From Candidatus Micrarchaeota archaeon (GTDB taxonomy: Archaea > Micrarchaeota > Micrarchaeia > Micrarchaeales > CABMGC01), in contig JAJZNA010000032.1 of the NCBI GenBank assembly GCA_021848065.1, positions 35,389-99,388 on the forward strand: a DNA stretch of 64,000 nt, written 5' to 3'. This document shows, in pieces, positions 42,062-50,777 of this stretch. Position numbers and translations under genes: made by a program. The notes beneath the pieces are model-generated. The model was not told the origin of the DNA and did no database searches. It was given only the letters and a program-made list of their open reading frames with translations. Numbering within the stretch: position 1 is the stretch's first letter; each line of letters begins with the position of its first letter.

Positions 42062-44917
42062 CTACCTTAGGCTCTCTTCAATTACCTTCTTTTCCTCTTC
42101 TGATATTCCATAGAGTTTATAGATTAGATTATCAATCTGTGAATCTGCTATTTTTATTTTTTCCTCAATCCTTTCCTTTCCACTTGTCTGTTTCCCGTCC
42201 ATCTGTAATACTTCCTTATTCCAATCTAGGATCTTTTCGACCAATTGGGCTATTTCGCCAGCCATTGCCTTTTCTATTCTATTCTGAGGAACGATAATGG
42301 GAAGTTCTTCTAGCGTTTTAACATAAATTCTTAGGTAATCTTGCTGAATTGAAATTGTTGAATTAGAAAGCAAAAACCAAGTCAGTTTACTATTTAATAG
42401 CCCAATCAAATATTTATCATCGCTAACAATAAAATTTGCTGGTGCATTAAGAAAGAATTTATTTGGATCAAATGTAAATGTTGGTTTAATCATAATACCT
42501 TGGAGAACAATCTTAGGTTTATCAAATTCTTTATAATAATCAGTTACATCTTGAATTTCAAACCATTTATATGAACCAGGTTTGCGCCCTACTTTTTCAT
42601 CTCCAGATTTAGGCGTTAATTTTTCTTTAAATTGTGAAAGATGATCTTTTATAGATGGCAAAGTATCAATATTTATTCCTCTATTAGTAAAAATGAGGAA
42701 TAGTTCTGGGTCTTTAATATAATAGCGACCTATATCGCTACCCCTAAGGAAAGGTTTGATAATTTCTGAAGACTTTTTATCTCTAGCAATAATATGATCC
42801 CTTGTAGTGGAATTTATAACGAATGCTTCATTTAGGCCAGTTGTTATGCCACGATAAATTTTTCCGTCTACATATTGCCTTAGCGGAATGCCTTTAGCTC
42901 TGAGTTTTTGGAACAAGGTGTGTGCGTCCTTATGTTGAATATTCCATTCATTTTCTCCTAGCTCTTTTTGATTTAGGAAAAAGGAATTTTTATCTATATC
43001 TACATAACCCTTAAGGTCACCAAATTTTAACGTTTCCACCATACATATTCTAATTTTTGGGTTTGGTTTTGCAATTTTTCTTATTATTATAATTGATGGG
43101 TATGTAGTAGCATCTTTAAATACTTTCAAATCCCCAAAATCGATAAATTCTTCTATCCAGAATTTATTAATGAATTGCCTTAGATTTTTTCCATAGCCTG
43201 CCCTAAGCCATTTGTTTGATACAATCATTCCAAAATACCCGCCATCTTTAAGCATTTTTAATTCTCGTTCAAAGAAATAAACAAAAAGATCTGCAGTTCC
43301 TTGAAAAACTTCGTAATTTGCTTCCAAATATGGTTTAATATTAGTAAGTTCTTCCTGCCTGACATAAGGTGGATTTCCAAGAATTACATCGAATCCTCCT
43401 TCCCGCATTATCCCTTCAAATTCTTCGCTCCACGTGAAAGCCTTGCTACCTGCCACGTTGGGATCATCTATCAGAGAATTCCCATTTTTAATGTTCTGTT
43501 GCAATATTGGCAACCTTCTCTTCTTCTCAGCGACCTTGAGCAATAAGTTCAACTGTGCTATATCCACCGCTTGCCTGTCTAAATCAACACCAAAGATGTT
43601 ATCATTGAGTATGCTAAGTTTAGTTGAGTATGTAGTTCCAGTACCGCTCATGTCGAGTTTGTTCTGGTTATAGCCCTCTTTTTTGCTGTAATACTCATTC
43701 AGTACATCGAAAGTCTTTATCAGGAACGAGCCAGAACCGCAGGCAGGATCTAGAACCTTGATTTTTGAAACATCAACCCTCTTGTTCTTTATCAACTCTC
43801 CAACAGTATTCCTTACAATGTAATCCACGATATAGCTGGGCGTATAGTATATGCCCTCTTCTTTCCTCTTTGCCTTGCTTTCTGTTAGTTTCGTTCTCTT
43901 CTCGGTCTTCTTTAGAATGTGCCCTAGATACTGTTCATAGATGTTGCCTAGAACATCGGCGTCTATCAATGAGAAGTCGTATTGTATCGAGCCATCTTCT
44001 GTGGCGTATAACCCATCCAATATGCGACTTAGAACGTTATCGCTTATATCTACCTGATCGCATAAGTGCTTGCTGAATATCTTGCTGTTATAGGTCTCGT
44101 CAAAGTGGGTAAAAAGGTCTCTGAGTTTGCTTACAAGCATGCCTTTTTTATTCTCTTTCCACTGCCTCAGGGTAGACAATAGGTCATAAGGTTCAAGTTC
44201 TCTATCCTCACAGTTCCTAATAAAGATAAGGCGGTCAAAGAGCCGTTGTATTGCCTCGTCTAATTCCTCCTCGGTTAAGTTTTTGCTCTTGTTCAGACTG
44301 TAAACATCTTTTGAGAGAATCGCCCTGAAGTTTGTAAAGTCCAAAAGTAACTGTTCTGTTATCGGTCTCTTTCTTGACTTTGTGCTATACTTTTCATTCA
44401 ATTTTCCTTGTATGAAGGCTTCTTTTGATAGCAGATAAACGCTTTCAAAATCACTCAGTAGACTATCTATCCATATTGCAAACCTAAAACTACTTTGAGA
44501 ACTCGCCTTTGCCCATGCATCGTAAACGATTATGCCCTTGAAGTTGGTTAGAATTGCCCAGTTGCATCCTTTGTAATAGGCGTAATTGATCGCCTGCTCT
44601 GCATAGGTAACTTGCCTGCCCTTTACCATCCGAGAACCTTCTAAATCCTCGGCCAGCCCTTTTGCCTCAAGAAAGAACTTTGGTATGCCATCTATCCTGA
44701 ACCCATAATCAACTCGCTTGCCAGAGATGTTCTCCTCTTTTGATACTTCATCCGAATCTTCTGTGTTCCATCCGAGTATCCTGAATAAAGGTAGTATAAA
44801 GTCGTTTTTTGTAGCCTCTTCATTGTACCTTTTGCCCTTCTCACGATTATACTTCTCGATGAGTTTTGTTATCTCAGTTTTCATTTGTTCCTTATCCATA
44901 AAAACACTAACGCTCAA
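42062..44917 (-). CDS. Type IIG restriction-modification enzyme (PD-(D/E)xK nuclease + gamma-class N6-adenine methyltransferase + target-recognition region)
   Basis: N-terminal HsdR_N-like VDYGFRIDGIPKFFLEAKGL, motif I VLDPACGSGSFL and motif IV ILGNPPYV, followed by about 400 aa of C-terminal region. 951 aa in total. Confidence 0.8.
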   Translation of the reverse strand: MSVSVFMDKEQMKTEITKLIEKYNREKGKRYNEEATKNDFILPLFRILGWNTEDSDEVSKEENISGKRVDYGFRIDGIPKFFLEAKGLAEDLEGSRMVKGRQVTYAEQAINYAYYKGCNWAILTNFKGIIVYDAWAKASSQSSFRFAIWIDSLLSDFESVYLLSKEAFIQGKLNEKYSTKSRKRPITEQLLLDFTNFRAILSKDVYSLNKSKNLTEEELDEAIQRLFDRLIFIRNCEDRELEPYDLLSTLRQWKENKKGMLVSKLRDLFTHFDETYNSKIFSKHLCDQVDISDNVLSRILDGLYATEDGSIQYDFSLIDADVLGNIYEQYLGHILKKTEKRTKLTESKAKRKEEGIYYTPSYIVDYIVRNTVGELIKNKRVDVSKIKVLDPACGSGSFLIKTFDVLNEYYSKKEGYNQNKLDMSGTGTTYSTKLSILNDNIFGVDLDRQAVDIAQLNLLLKVAEKKRRLPILQQNIKNGNSLIDDPNVAGSKAFTWSEEFEGIMREGGFDVILGNPPYVRQEELTNIKPYLEANYEVFQGTADLFVYFFERELKMLKDGGYFGMIVSNKWLRAGYGKNLRQFINKFWIEEFIDFGDLKVFKDATTYPSIIIIRKIAKPNPKIRICMVETLKFGDLKGYVDIDKNSFFLNQKELGENEWNIQHKDAHTLFQKLRAKGIPLRQYVDGKIYRGITTGLNEAFVINSTTRDHIIARDKKSSEIIKPFLRGSDIGRYYIKDPELFLIFTNRGINIDTLPSIKDHLSQFKEKLTPKSGDEKVGRKPGSYKWFEIQDVTDYYKEFDKPKIVLQGIMIKPTFTFDPNKFFLNAPANFIVSDDKYLIGLLNSKLTWFLLSNSTISIQQDYLRIYVKTLEELPIIVPQNRIEKAMAGEIAQLVEKILDWNKEVLQMDGKQTSGKERIEEKIKIADSQIDNLIYKLYGISEEEKKVIEESLR

Positions 44918-44926
44918 TTTATCTCT

Positions 44927-45571
44927 TCATATATCATGTTTTTCATTCCAGCACCAGTAATCGTATAGGATGGGAACTATACTCGCTTTTTTACATAACT
45001 CAAATACTGCATTCTGAATTATCCGATACAGATCAGGACTGTTTATATAACTCATTGTGGGATTAGTTGGAATATTTATCCTATATTTTACTTCTGTAAG
45101 CTTATTGATTACATTTTTTATTGGTTTTAATGAGAATTCATCAAATGGGACATTAAGAAATGGTACAACATTTTCGTTGCTTAGAAACGTAGATTCATTC
45201 AGCGTCTTTATTAGTACATTAACTATTTTACTTGCCTGTCCAAAAATTATTCGTTTATTCGAATCATTTATTTGTGAATTCCAATAATCGATGAAGTCAT
45301 CGATCCATTCAAAAAGATGTGCATCGAAATCTTCTTTAGCGGTTATGCTGTTCAACACTGCAATTATTTCATCTATATTCTTGTTAGCCCATTCTCGATA
45401 GATTGATGACGGTGGTCTATTTAGTTTATGGAATCCTCTAACAATGTTTGACTGAATTGAACTTTTAATTATCGCCTCTTTCGCAAGGTCCTTTTTATCT
45501 ATTGTTTTTTTATAGTTTTTTAATATGCCAACTGCGTCTTCGACGTTTTCAAATATATGGATGTCTTGCAT
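44927..45571 (-). CDS. orphan 214-aa protein directly upstream of the RM gene
   Basis: Clean AT-rich ORF whose start codon abuts the stop of the 73-aa ORF. No motif recognised. Confidence 0.5.
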   Translation of the reverse strand: MQDIHIFENVEDAVGILKNYKKTIDKKDLAKEAIIKSSIQSNIVRGFHKLNRPPSSIYREWANKNIDEIIAVLNSITAKEDFDAHLFEWIDDFIDYWNSQINDSNKRIIFGQASKIVNVLIKTLNESTFLSNENVVPFLNVPFDEFSLKPIKNVINKLTEVKYRINIPTNPTMSYINSPDLYRIIQNAVFELCKKASIVPILYDYWCWNEKHDI

Positions 45572-45793
45572 TTACTTACCTAGTTTGTTCATAATCTTGC
45601 CATAAACCTTGATTCTCTTGCCTTCTCTTATGTGTTTCTGCATATACCACAGAGTTGACTTATTTATGCCTAACCTCTTGCGGTCTTGCGGTGTTAGGGT
45701 TAGCACTCTGTTGCGAATTGTATTATCCTTTAGTCTTATCCTGACTTCTGTCCTATATTCGACTTCATGTAAGGATACTCTTAAATCATCCAT
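45572..45793 (-). CDS. small 73-aa protein with HTH-like segment
   Basis: Sequence MDDLRVSLHEVEYRTEV...LTPQDRKRLGINKSTLWYMQKHIREGK. The ATG at 45793 overlaps the helicase stop (ATGGATGA). The ORF-track start at 45838 lies inside the helicase gene. Confidence 0.45.
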   Translation of the reverse strand: MDDLRVSLHEVEYRTEVRIRLKDNTIRNRVLTLTPQDRKRLGINKSTLWYMQKHIREGKRIKVYGKIMNKLGK

Positions 45794-48461
45794 CCCACCC
45801 AACCTCCTGCTTGACCAGCACGCACAGAATGCTCTCATCTCCTTTCTTTTTCAGCTCTTTTATGAATTGCTGCGGGTCCTTCCTGTACTCCAGGAACTTC
45901 CCGATGTGCCTAAGCACAGTATCATACTGCCCTTTATCCGGCTGCTTAACTTCAAGCCTGCAGCCCATCTTCCCGGTGTTTATGTTGCCTCTCAGGGCTA
46001 TGAAGCCTATCGCGGTCCTTATGCTGCCCTCATCTACCTTGTTTGCAATGGAATAAAGCTTCCTGTAAGCTGCCAGCTGCCTCCTGTGCTCAGAGGCCTT
46101 CCCATCGGTCCTGTCGGTCTTCCAGTCAACTATCAGATATCCCTCCCTGGTCTTGTAGACTGCATCGAGCTTGGCCTTGAACTCCATGCCTTCAGGGGCT
46201 CCGGGCACAAGGTCGCAAAGTGGAAGGACTATGGAGTCCTCCGCGCCTATCTGCCTAGCCTCACTAGAAGACCTTATCTCCAGGTCCAGCCTCCTTATGT
46301 TCTCAAGGTACGGCTTCTCATCAGAAGGTATGGTGGACTCGTCAAGGGTCTTGTTGAACATGCCCTCAGCCATGGAGTGCGCCTTGTTGCCCATGTTCAA
46401 AGCGCTGCTCTCCTCGCGCATGCACAGTATGTTCCTCTTGAGGAACTCGAAAGGGTCGCATAGGCCCTCTATTAGGGTATAGGAAAGCCTGTCGGCATGC
46501 TTGAAATAGTCGTATATGCGCTCGCGCAGCCACGGGTCCCTGGAGCCTATGAGTTTGCGTGCCTCATCGTACCTTCCGTTGACGAACATGCTGTAGGCCT
46601 GGTCGAACTTCCTTGAGATTGGCTCCGGCTCGTCCTCCATGGTCTCGTAGCTCTCAACTCCGTACTCCCCGGCTGCATACTCCTGGGCAGACTTGCTGTC
46701 CGCTATTATAGTGAGGCGATCCCTGGCCCTTGTGAACGCTACGAAGTCTACGCGCAGCTGCTCCTCGCCGAGCTCCTCCCTTATGTCTATCCCCTTCATG
46801 CCCTTTATCAGCCCGTAGACAACTGCGTCAACGAAGCTGAAGCTGTCCTTAGCCTTCCTTGGAACGTATATCACGTTGTCGAACTCGAGGCCCTTGGACT
46901 TGTGCACTGTGGTGAGGACGAGGTCCTCGTCCCTTCCGATGGGCTCGTAGCTCTCCTCGGTCACCTGCAGGTAGTTGAATAGGTCGGAGATCTGCGGGGC
47001 TTCAACAACATCGAAGAACTCGGATATGTTGTCCCTTATGGCCGAGGCCGTTATGTAGTAGTCCTTGCCTATGGATACGCTTATCGGTATTATCACTTCG
47101 TTGAAGATGCTTGCCAGCCCGGCCCTTGAGAAGGCAAGGGTGCGAAGCACCATGAACCTGGGGACTAGCCTGTGCAGCGTGGCGTCATCAAGCTTCCTAT
47201 CGCCATGAAGCTTAGAGACCTCGAAGGCCTCCTTGAGGCTCACCCCGGCGAAGGGGGTGAAGAGGGCATTGACTATGAGGCCATGGTCATCGTAGAGGAT
47301 GCCCTTAAGGAAGGCGATTATTGTGTTCTTGGCCTCTTGCGAAGTCGCATTGCTTATGGTCGTTGAGTATTTTACGTTCTTGGAGTCGAGCATGCGCGAT
47401 ATCCCAAGTATCTGGCCATTGGACCTTGTTATTATCGCAGTCCTGCCCTTTCCGCTTAGCGAGATTGCCTTCTTCACGGCAAGGCTGGGCTGCTGGTCCC
47501 TGTTCACCCCTATTATCTCAACATGGCCCTGCGCATCCCTGTCCGCAGAGAAACTGGCAAGGTCCTGCGCATGGTCCAGGTGCCCGGTCCTTGACTTGAA
47601 TGCCTCAGCGGCGTACTTTATTATCTGCCTAGAGCTCCTGTAGTTCTTGCCAAGCACCTCCCTTTCCATGTTTGGCAGCTTCTCCATCTTCGCGAAGTTC
47701 CTGATCGAGCCTCCCTGGAACCCGAATATCGACTGCTTCCTGTCTCCTACAAGGAAGAGCTCCTCCCCGCTCTCTAGCGCTATGTCCGCCTCTATCTCAT
47801 TGACGTCCTGGAGCTCGTCCACAAGCACGAACCTGAACCTCTTCCTATCCCTAAGCCTCATGAACCTGAGCAGCATGTCATTGTAGTCTATGTATCCCGG
47901 CTTCTTGGATTTTTCATAATCCTGGAAGGCATCAACGAAATAGTCCGCAAATTTAAGCTGCTCATCCTGCGATATGTTAGTTATCCCGTTCTCAATGTAT
48001 GCCTGCTCTATGTAAGGCCTGCACCTGGCAAGGTCTATCGCCTCGGGGGTTATGCCGTAGCTCTTTAGGTAGCGTATGGCGTTCTCCACCTTTGGCACTA
48101 TGTCCCCTATTATGTAAGCCAGAGAGTAGTTGAGCGCCTTGTTGGCCTCGAAGCTCTTGAATATCGAGTACCTTATCGCGTTGTTGCCAAGCACCTGGTG
48201 GCTTCCCTCGCTCTCCTCCAAAAAGGCGAGCGCGTAGCTGTGGAATGTGTGTATGCTTAGGTCATGCAGCTTTGCATCAAGCCCTTCCTTCTTGGCAAGC
48301 TCGCGTATCCTCTGCCTCATCTCGTTGGCTGCCTTCTCCGTGAAGGTTATGCAGAGTATGTCCTTTGGCTGTGCCCCTTCCTTAAGCAGCTCTATGACGC
48401 GCCTGGCAAGTGTGGTAGTCTTCCCTGTCCCGGGGTTTGCGAGTATAAGCCTGTTTGCCAT
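45786..48461 (-). CDS. UvrD/PcrA-family SF1 helicase fused to a RecB-type PD-(D/E)xK nuclease domain
   Basis: Helicase motifs ANPGTGKTTT, TFTEKAANEM, VDELQDVN, VGDRKQSIFGFQGG, KNYRSS, TVHKSKGLEFDNV and AFTRARDRL. Nuclease motifs KLDAVY...YLIVDWKTD...RRQLAAYRKLY. Confidence 0.85.
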   Translation of the reverse strand: MANRLILANPGTGKTTTLARRVIELLKEGAQPKDILCITFTEKAANEMRQRIRELAKKEGLDAKLHDLSIHTFHSYALAFLEESEGSHQVLGNNAIRYSIFKSFEANKALNYSLAYIIGDIVPKVENAIRYLKSYGITPEAIDLARCRPYIEQAYIENGITNISQDEQLKFADYFVDAFQDYEKSKKPGYIDYNDMLLRFMRLRDRKRFRFVLVDELQDVNEIEADIALESGEELFLVGDRKQSIFGFQGGSIRNFAKMEKLPNMEREVLGKNYRSSRQIIKYAAEAFKSRTGHLDHAQDLASFSADRDAQGHVEIIGVNRDQQPSLAVKKAISLSGKGRTAIITRSNGQILGISRMLDSKNVKYSTTISNATSQEAKNTIIAFLKGILYDDHGLIVNALFTPFAGVSLKEAFEVSKLHGDRKLDDATLHRLVPRFMVLRTLAFSRAGLASIFNEVIIPISVSIGKDYYITASAIRDNISEFFDVVEAPQISDLFNYLQVTEESYEPIGRDEDLVLTTVHKSKGLEFDNVIYVPRKAKDSFSFVDAVVYGLIKGMKGIDIREELGEEQLRVDFVAFTRARDRLTIIADSKSAQEYAAGEYGVESYETMEDEPEPISRKFDQAYSMFVNGRYDEARKLIGSRDPWLRERIYDYFKHADRLSYTLIEGLCDPFEFLKRNILCMREESSALNMGNKAHSMAEGMFNKTLDESTIPSDEKPYLENIRRLDLEIRSSSEARQIGAEDSIVLPLCDLVPGAPEGMEFKAKLDAVYKTREGYLIVDWKTDRTDGKASEHRRQLAAYRKLYSIANKVDEGSIRTAIGFIALRGNINTGKMGCRLEVKQPDKGQYDTVLRHIGKFLEYRKDPQQFIKELKKKGDESILCVLVKQEVGWDG

Positions 48462-48473
48462 CCCATCACGCGA

Positions 48474-49067
48474 TTACAACAGCGCTAACTTTCCAGCGTC
48501 AGTTATATTGTAATCGTCATCCAGGTACCCCCCGTCTTTGAGCTCCTTTAAGTGCTGGTATATCATCCCCCTGGTCCTGTGCATCTCCTTGGAAATCTGC
48601 CCTATGGTCTTATCCTTCCTGCTTGCAAGCCTTGTGAGGAGGTCCCTCTTCGTAGACCCTATGTTGTATGAGAGCTTGGGCAGGCTTATGAGCTCGTTGC
48701 TGTGCGTGCTGTTCGTGACTATCCTCTGCACCCTGTCTGGCCTTGCATAAGAGCCGAAGAGGACCGCATTTGTGAGTACCTTATTGGCTCCGGCCACGCT
48801 CACTATTATCCTATTTCCGGCGGCCTTGTTGCTGTCTATGAGCTCCACCGTCGCCTTTGCTATTGCGTGTATGTCATCCTTGGGCACTTTCACAACCTCG
48901 AACTGCATTGCGTTCTGGAATACCTTCTTGACAGCCTTTATGTTCTCCTTCACCTTCCCGTCCCCACTGTCCACGAGAAGCACTATCTTCTTGGGAGAGT
49001 ACTTCAGTGCAGCCGGCAGGAATGGTTCGGGGCTGTAGAAGGTTGCTATCAGCGTAACGTTGTCCAT
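48474..49067 (-). CDS. CARF-like Rossmann domain + winged-helix regulator (Csa3-like)
   Basis: Alternating strand/helix N-terminal half (VTLIATFYSPEP, KIVLLVDSGD, RIIVSVAGANKVLTNAVLFG). C-terminal wHTH is TKRDLLTRLASRKDKTIGQISKEMHRTRGMIYQHLKELKDGGYL. Confidence 0.55.
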   Translation of the reverse strand: MDNVTLIATFYSPEPFLPAALKYSPKKIVLLVDSGDGKVKENIKAVKKVFQNAMQFEVVKVPKDDIHAIAKATVELIDSNKAAGNRIIVSVAGANKVLTNAVLFGSYARPDRVQRIVTNSTHSNELISLPKLSYNIGSTKRDLLTRLASRKDKTIGQISKEMHRTRGMIYQHLKELKDGGYLDDDYNITDAGKLALL

Positions 49068-49178
49068 TACTGAAATAAGTATGCAGTAATTATTTTATAT
49101 ACTTATGTATAGGAAAAAGGTATACACTTATATATTTTGCCTTAATAGTCAATACTTGCGATTGACTGAGGGGTATAG

Positions 49179-49670
49179 ATGGAAAAGATAACCGAGGACA
49201 TATACATAGGGGGCATAACCACAAAGCGTGACGTGGAGGTGCACGGCATAAGGCACGTGATAAACCTTGTAGGCAGGAAGGTCTCGTATAGGTCGAAGAT
49301 GTTCCCCTTGATGGATTCGGGCTTCAACAACGACCCCCTGCAGTTCCTCAGGATACTGCAGGACATAGACAAGCACGTCAAGAGGAGGAGGGTTCCCGTA
49401 TTCATACACTGCGCGATGGGCATGTCCAGGAGCCCTGTAGTGTGTGCACTTTACCTGTATTATGACCAGAGGTTTGGCACCTTCGAGGATGCGTTATCTT
49501 ATGTGCTGGAGATGAGCAGGGTCGCCAAGCCCAATCCCTCCTTGGTGGACTTCGTAAGGTTCCAGGTTGTGCCGCTTGCAGTCAAGAAGCGGAAGAGGAG
49601 TGCCTCAAGGAAGGCGATGCCACGCGGTCAGGGTCCGGCTGCAAAGAGGAATTCGAAAGGGAAGGGGTAG
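49179..49670 (+). CDS. Cys-based dual-specificity/tyrosine protein phosphatase with basic C-terminal tail
   Basis: P-loop VFIHCAMGMSRSPVV (HCx5R(S/T)). The tail is Lys/Arg-rich. Confidence 0.75.
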   Translation: MEKITEDIYIGGITTKRDVEVHGIRHVINLVGRKVSYRSKMFPLMDSGFNNDPLQFLRILQDIDKHVKRRRVPVFIHCAMGMSRSPVVCALYLYYDQRFGTFEDALSYVLEMSRVAKPNPSLVDFVRFQVVPLAVKKRKRSASRKAMPRGQGPAAKRNSKGKG

Positions 49671-49675
49671 TTATC

Positions 49676-49867
49676 GTGGTACGCGTAGTGATATCAAAAA
49701 GGCCCGAGGTCTGCTCGAGATGCGGCAATGCCCTTGCAGTGGGCGTCATAGCCGAAGTGATATGTGGCTCGTTTAGCCATGTATACGAGTGCAAGAAGCC
49801 TTCAAGGAGGCGCATGCGGAGTGGGTCCACAGAAGGTTCCAAGGGATTTGGGAAAAAACACGGATAA
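49676..49867 (+). CDS. possible small Cys-containing basic protein
   Basis: 63-aa ORF with a GTG start 6 nt after the phosphatase stop. It has CSRC plus two further Cys. Support is weak. Confidence 0.25.
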   Translation: MVRVVISKRPEVCSRCGNALAVGVIAEVICGSFSHVYECKKPSRRRMRSGSTEGSKGFGKKHG

Positions 49868-49987
49868 AGCTATGGATCGCCGTTCCACAATCTTCTGGAA
49901 ATTGGGATTGCCGGATGCAGGAAAGCTTAAAGCGGTTTTCAAATCACTACGCATGGGGAGATACTGCCTTAAGATTGTCAGGATACG

Positions 49988-50224
49988 ATGGCCTATAAGA
50001 ACATATTTAAGATAAAAGACAGGAAACGCTTCTTGCGTGAGATGACAGAATCAAAGAAAAAGAACGCAGAGGATAACTTAAAATTTGTCAGGTGGCAGGC
50101 GCTCTGGCTCCAGCGCAAGAGCAATAAGGATTGGAGCAAAAGGCAAAAGATGATATTGGATCAGATATACCGATCAAAGAGGCATCGCCATATCAAGCTT
50201 GCAACATGGCTCCCTCCAGAATAA
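49988..50224 (+). CDS. small basic protein, paralog of 50592..50777
   Basis: Shares NLKFVRWQALWLQRKSNKDWSKRQKMILDQIYRS with RLRFVRLWADYMRKTPNAIWSKQQNLLINSVMKS. Confidence 0.45.
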   Translation: MAYKNIFKIKDRKRFLREMTESKKKNAEDNLKFVRWQALWLQRKSNKDWSKRQKMILDQIYRSKRHRHIKLATWLPPE

Positions 50225-50591
50225 AGCGTCGATGAAATCCTGTAACCCACGTTTTAACCTCTTATGCAGAGAATTCACAAGGTTGCGACTAGGGATCATA
50301 TGGCGGCGTTCTGGCATTAATGATATGCCTGGTATTTTATGGGGCAACAAAGCAATGTCAGCAATCCATTCCCTTACACGCACATTCTGTGCCCTTAGGA
50401 AATGACGCGAACGGACAGGTATGCTTGGTAGCCTTGAGGGATAGCGTTGAGAACTTAAAAGTGCCGGAGACAAAGAATGCTAGCTCCGAGAGGCCAGTTC
50501 TGGTAAAAAGGGCGCAGAGCCTAATATGTTTATACAAAAGTAGATTATTTGCACATGTTCCATGGTAGTTGTTGTCTAGCCATAAGGTACT

Positions 50592-50777
50592 CTATCTTGC
50601 CGCTAACTTCTTCACTCTTGAATACCTCTCTGCATTCTGATCTGCGGATTTCATTACAGAATTGATCAATAGGTTTTGCTGCTTGGACCATATTGCATTA
50701 GGCGTCTTTCTCATGTAATCTGCCCATAGCCTTACGAATCTAAGCCTCTCACTTAAATCACGCCTATGTAATGCCAT
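50592..50777 (-). CDS. small basic protein coupled to the upstream nucleotidyltransferase-like gene
   Basis: 61-aa ORF overlapping the 200-aa gene by 14 nt. Paralogous to 49988..50224. Confidence 0.45.
   Translation of the reverse strand: MALHRRDLSERLRFVRLWADYMRKTPNAIWSKQQNLLINSVMKSADQNAERYSRVKKLAAR

Noticed and set aside
49700-50000. Possible degraded nucleotidyltransferase remnant upstream of the 78-aa mini-protein (e.g. TRIKLWIA versus IPFKIWLGS).
   Set aside because: The similarity is limited to a few residues and is too weak to claim without an alignment program.
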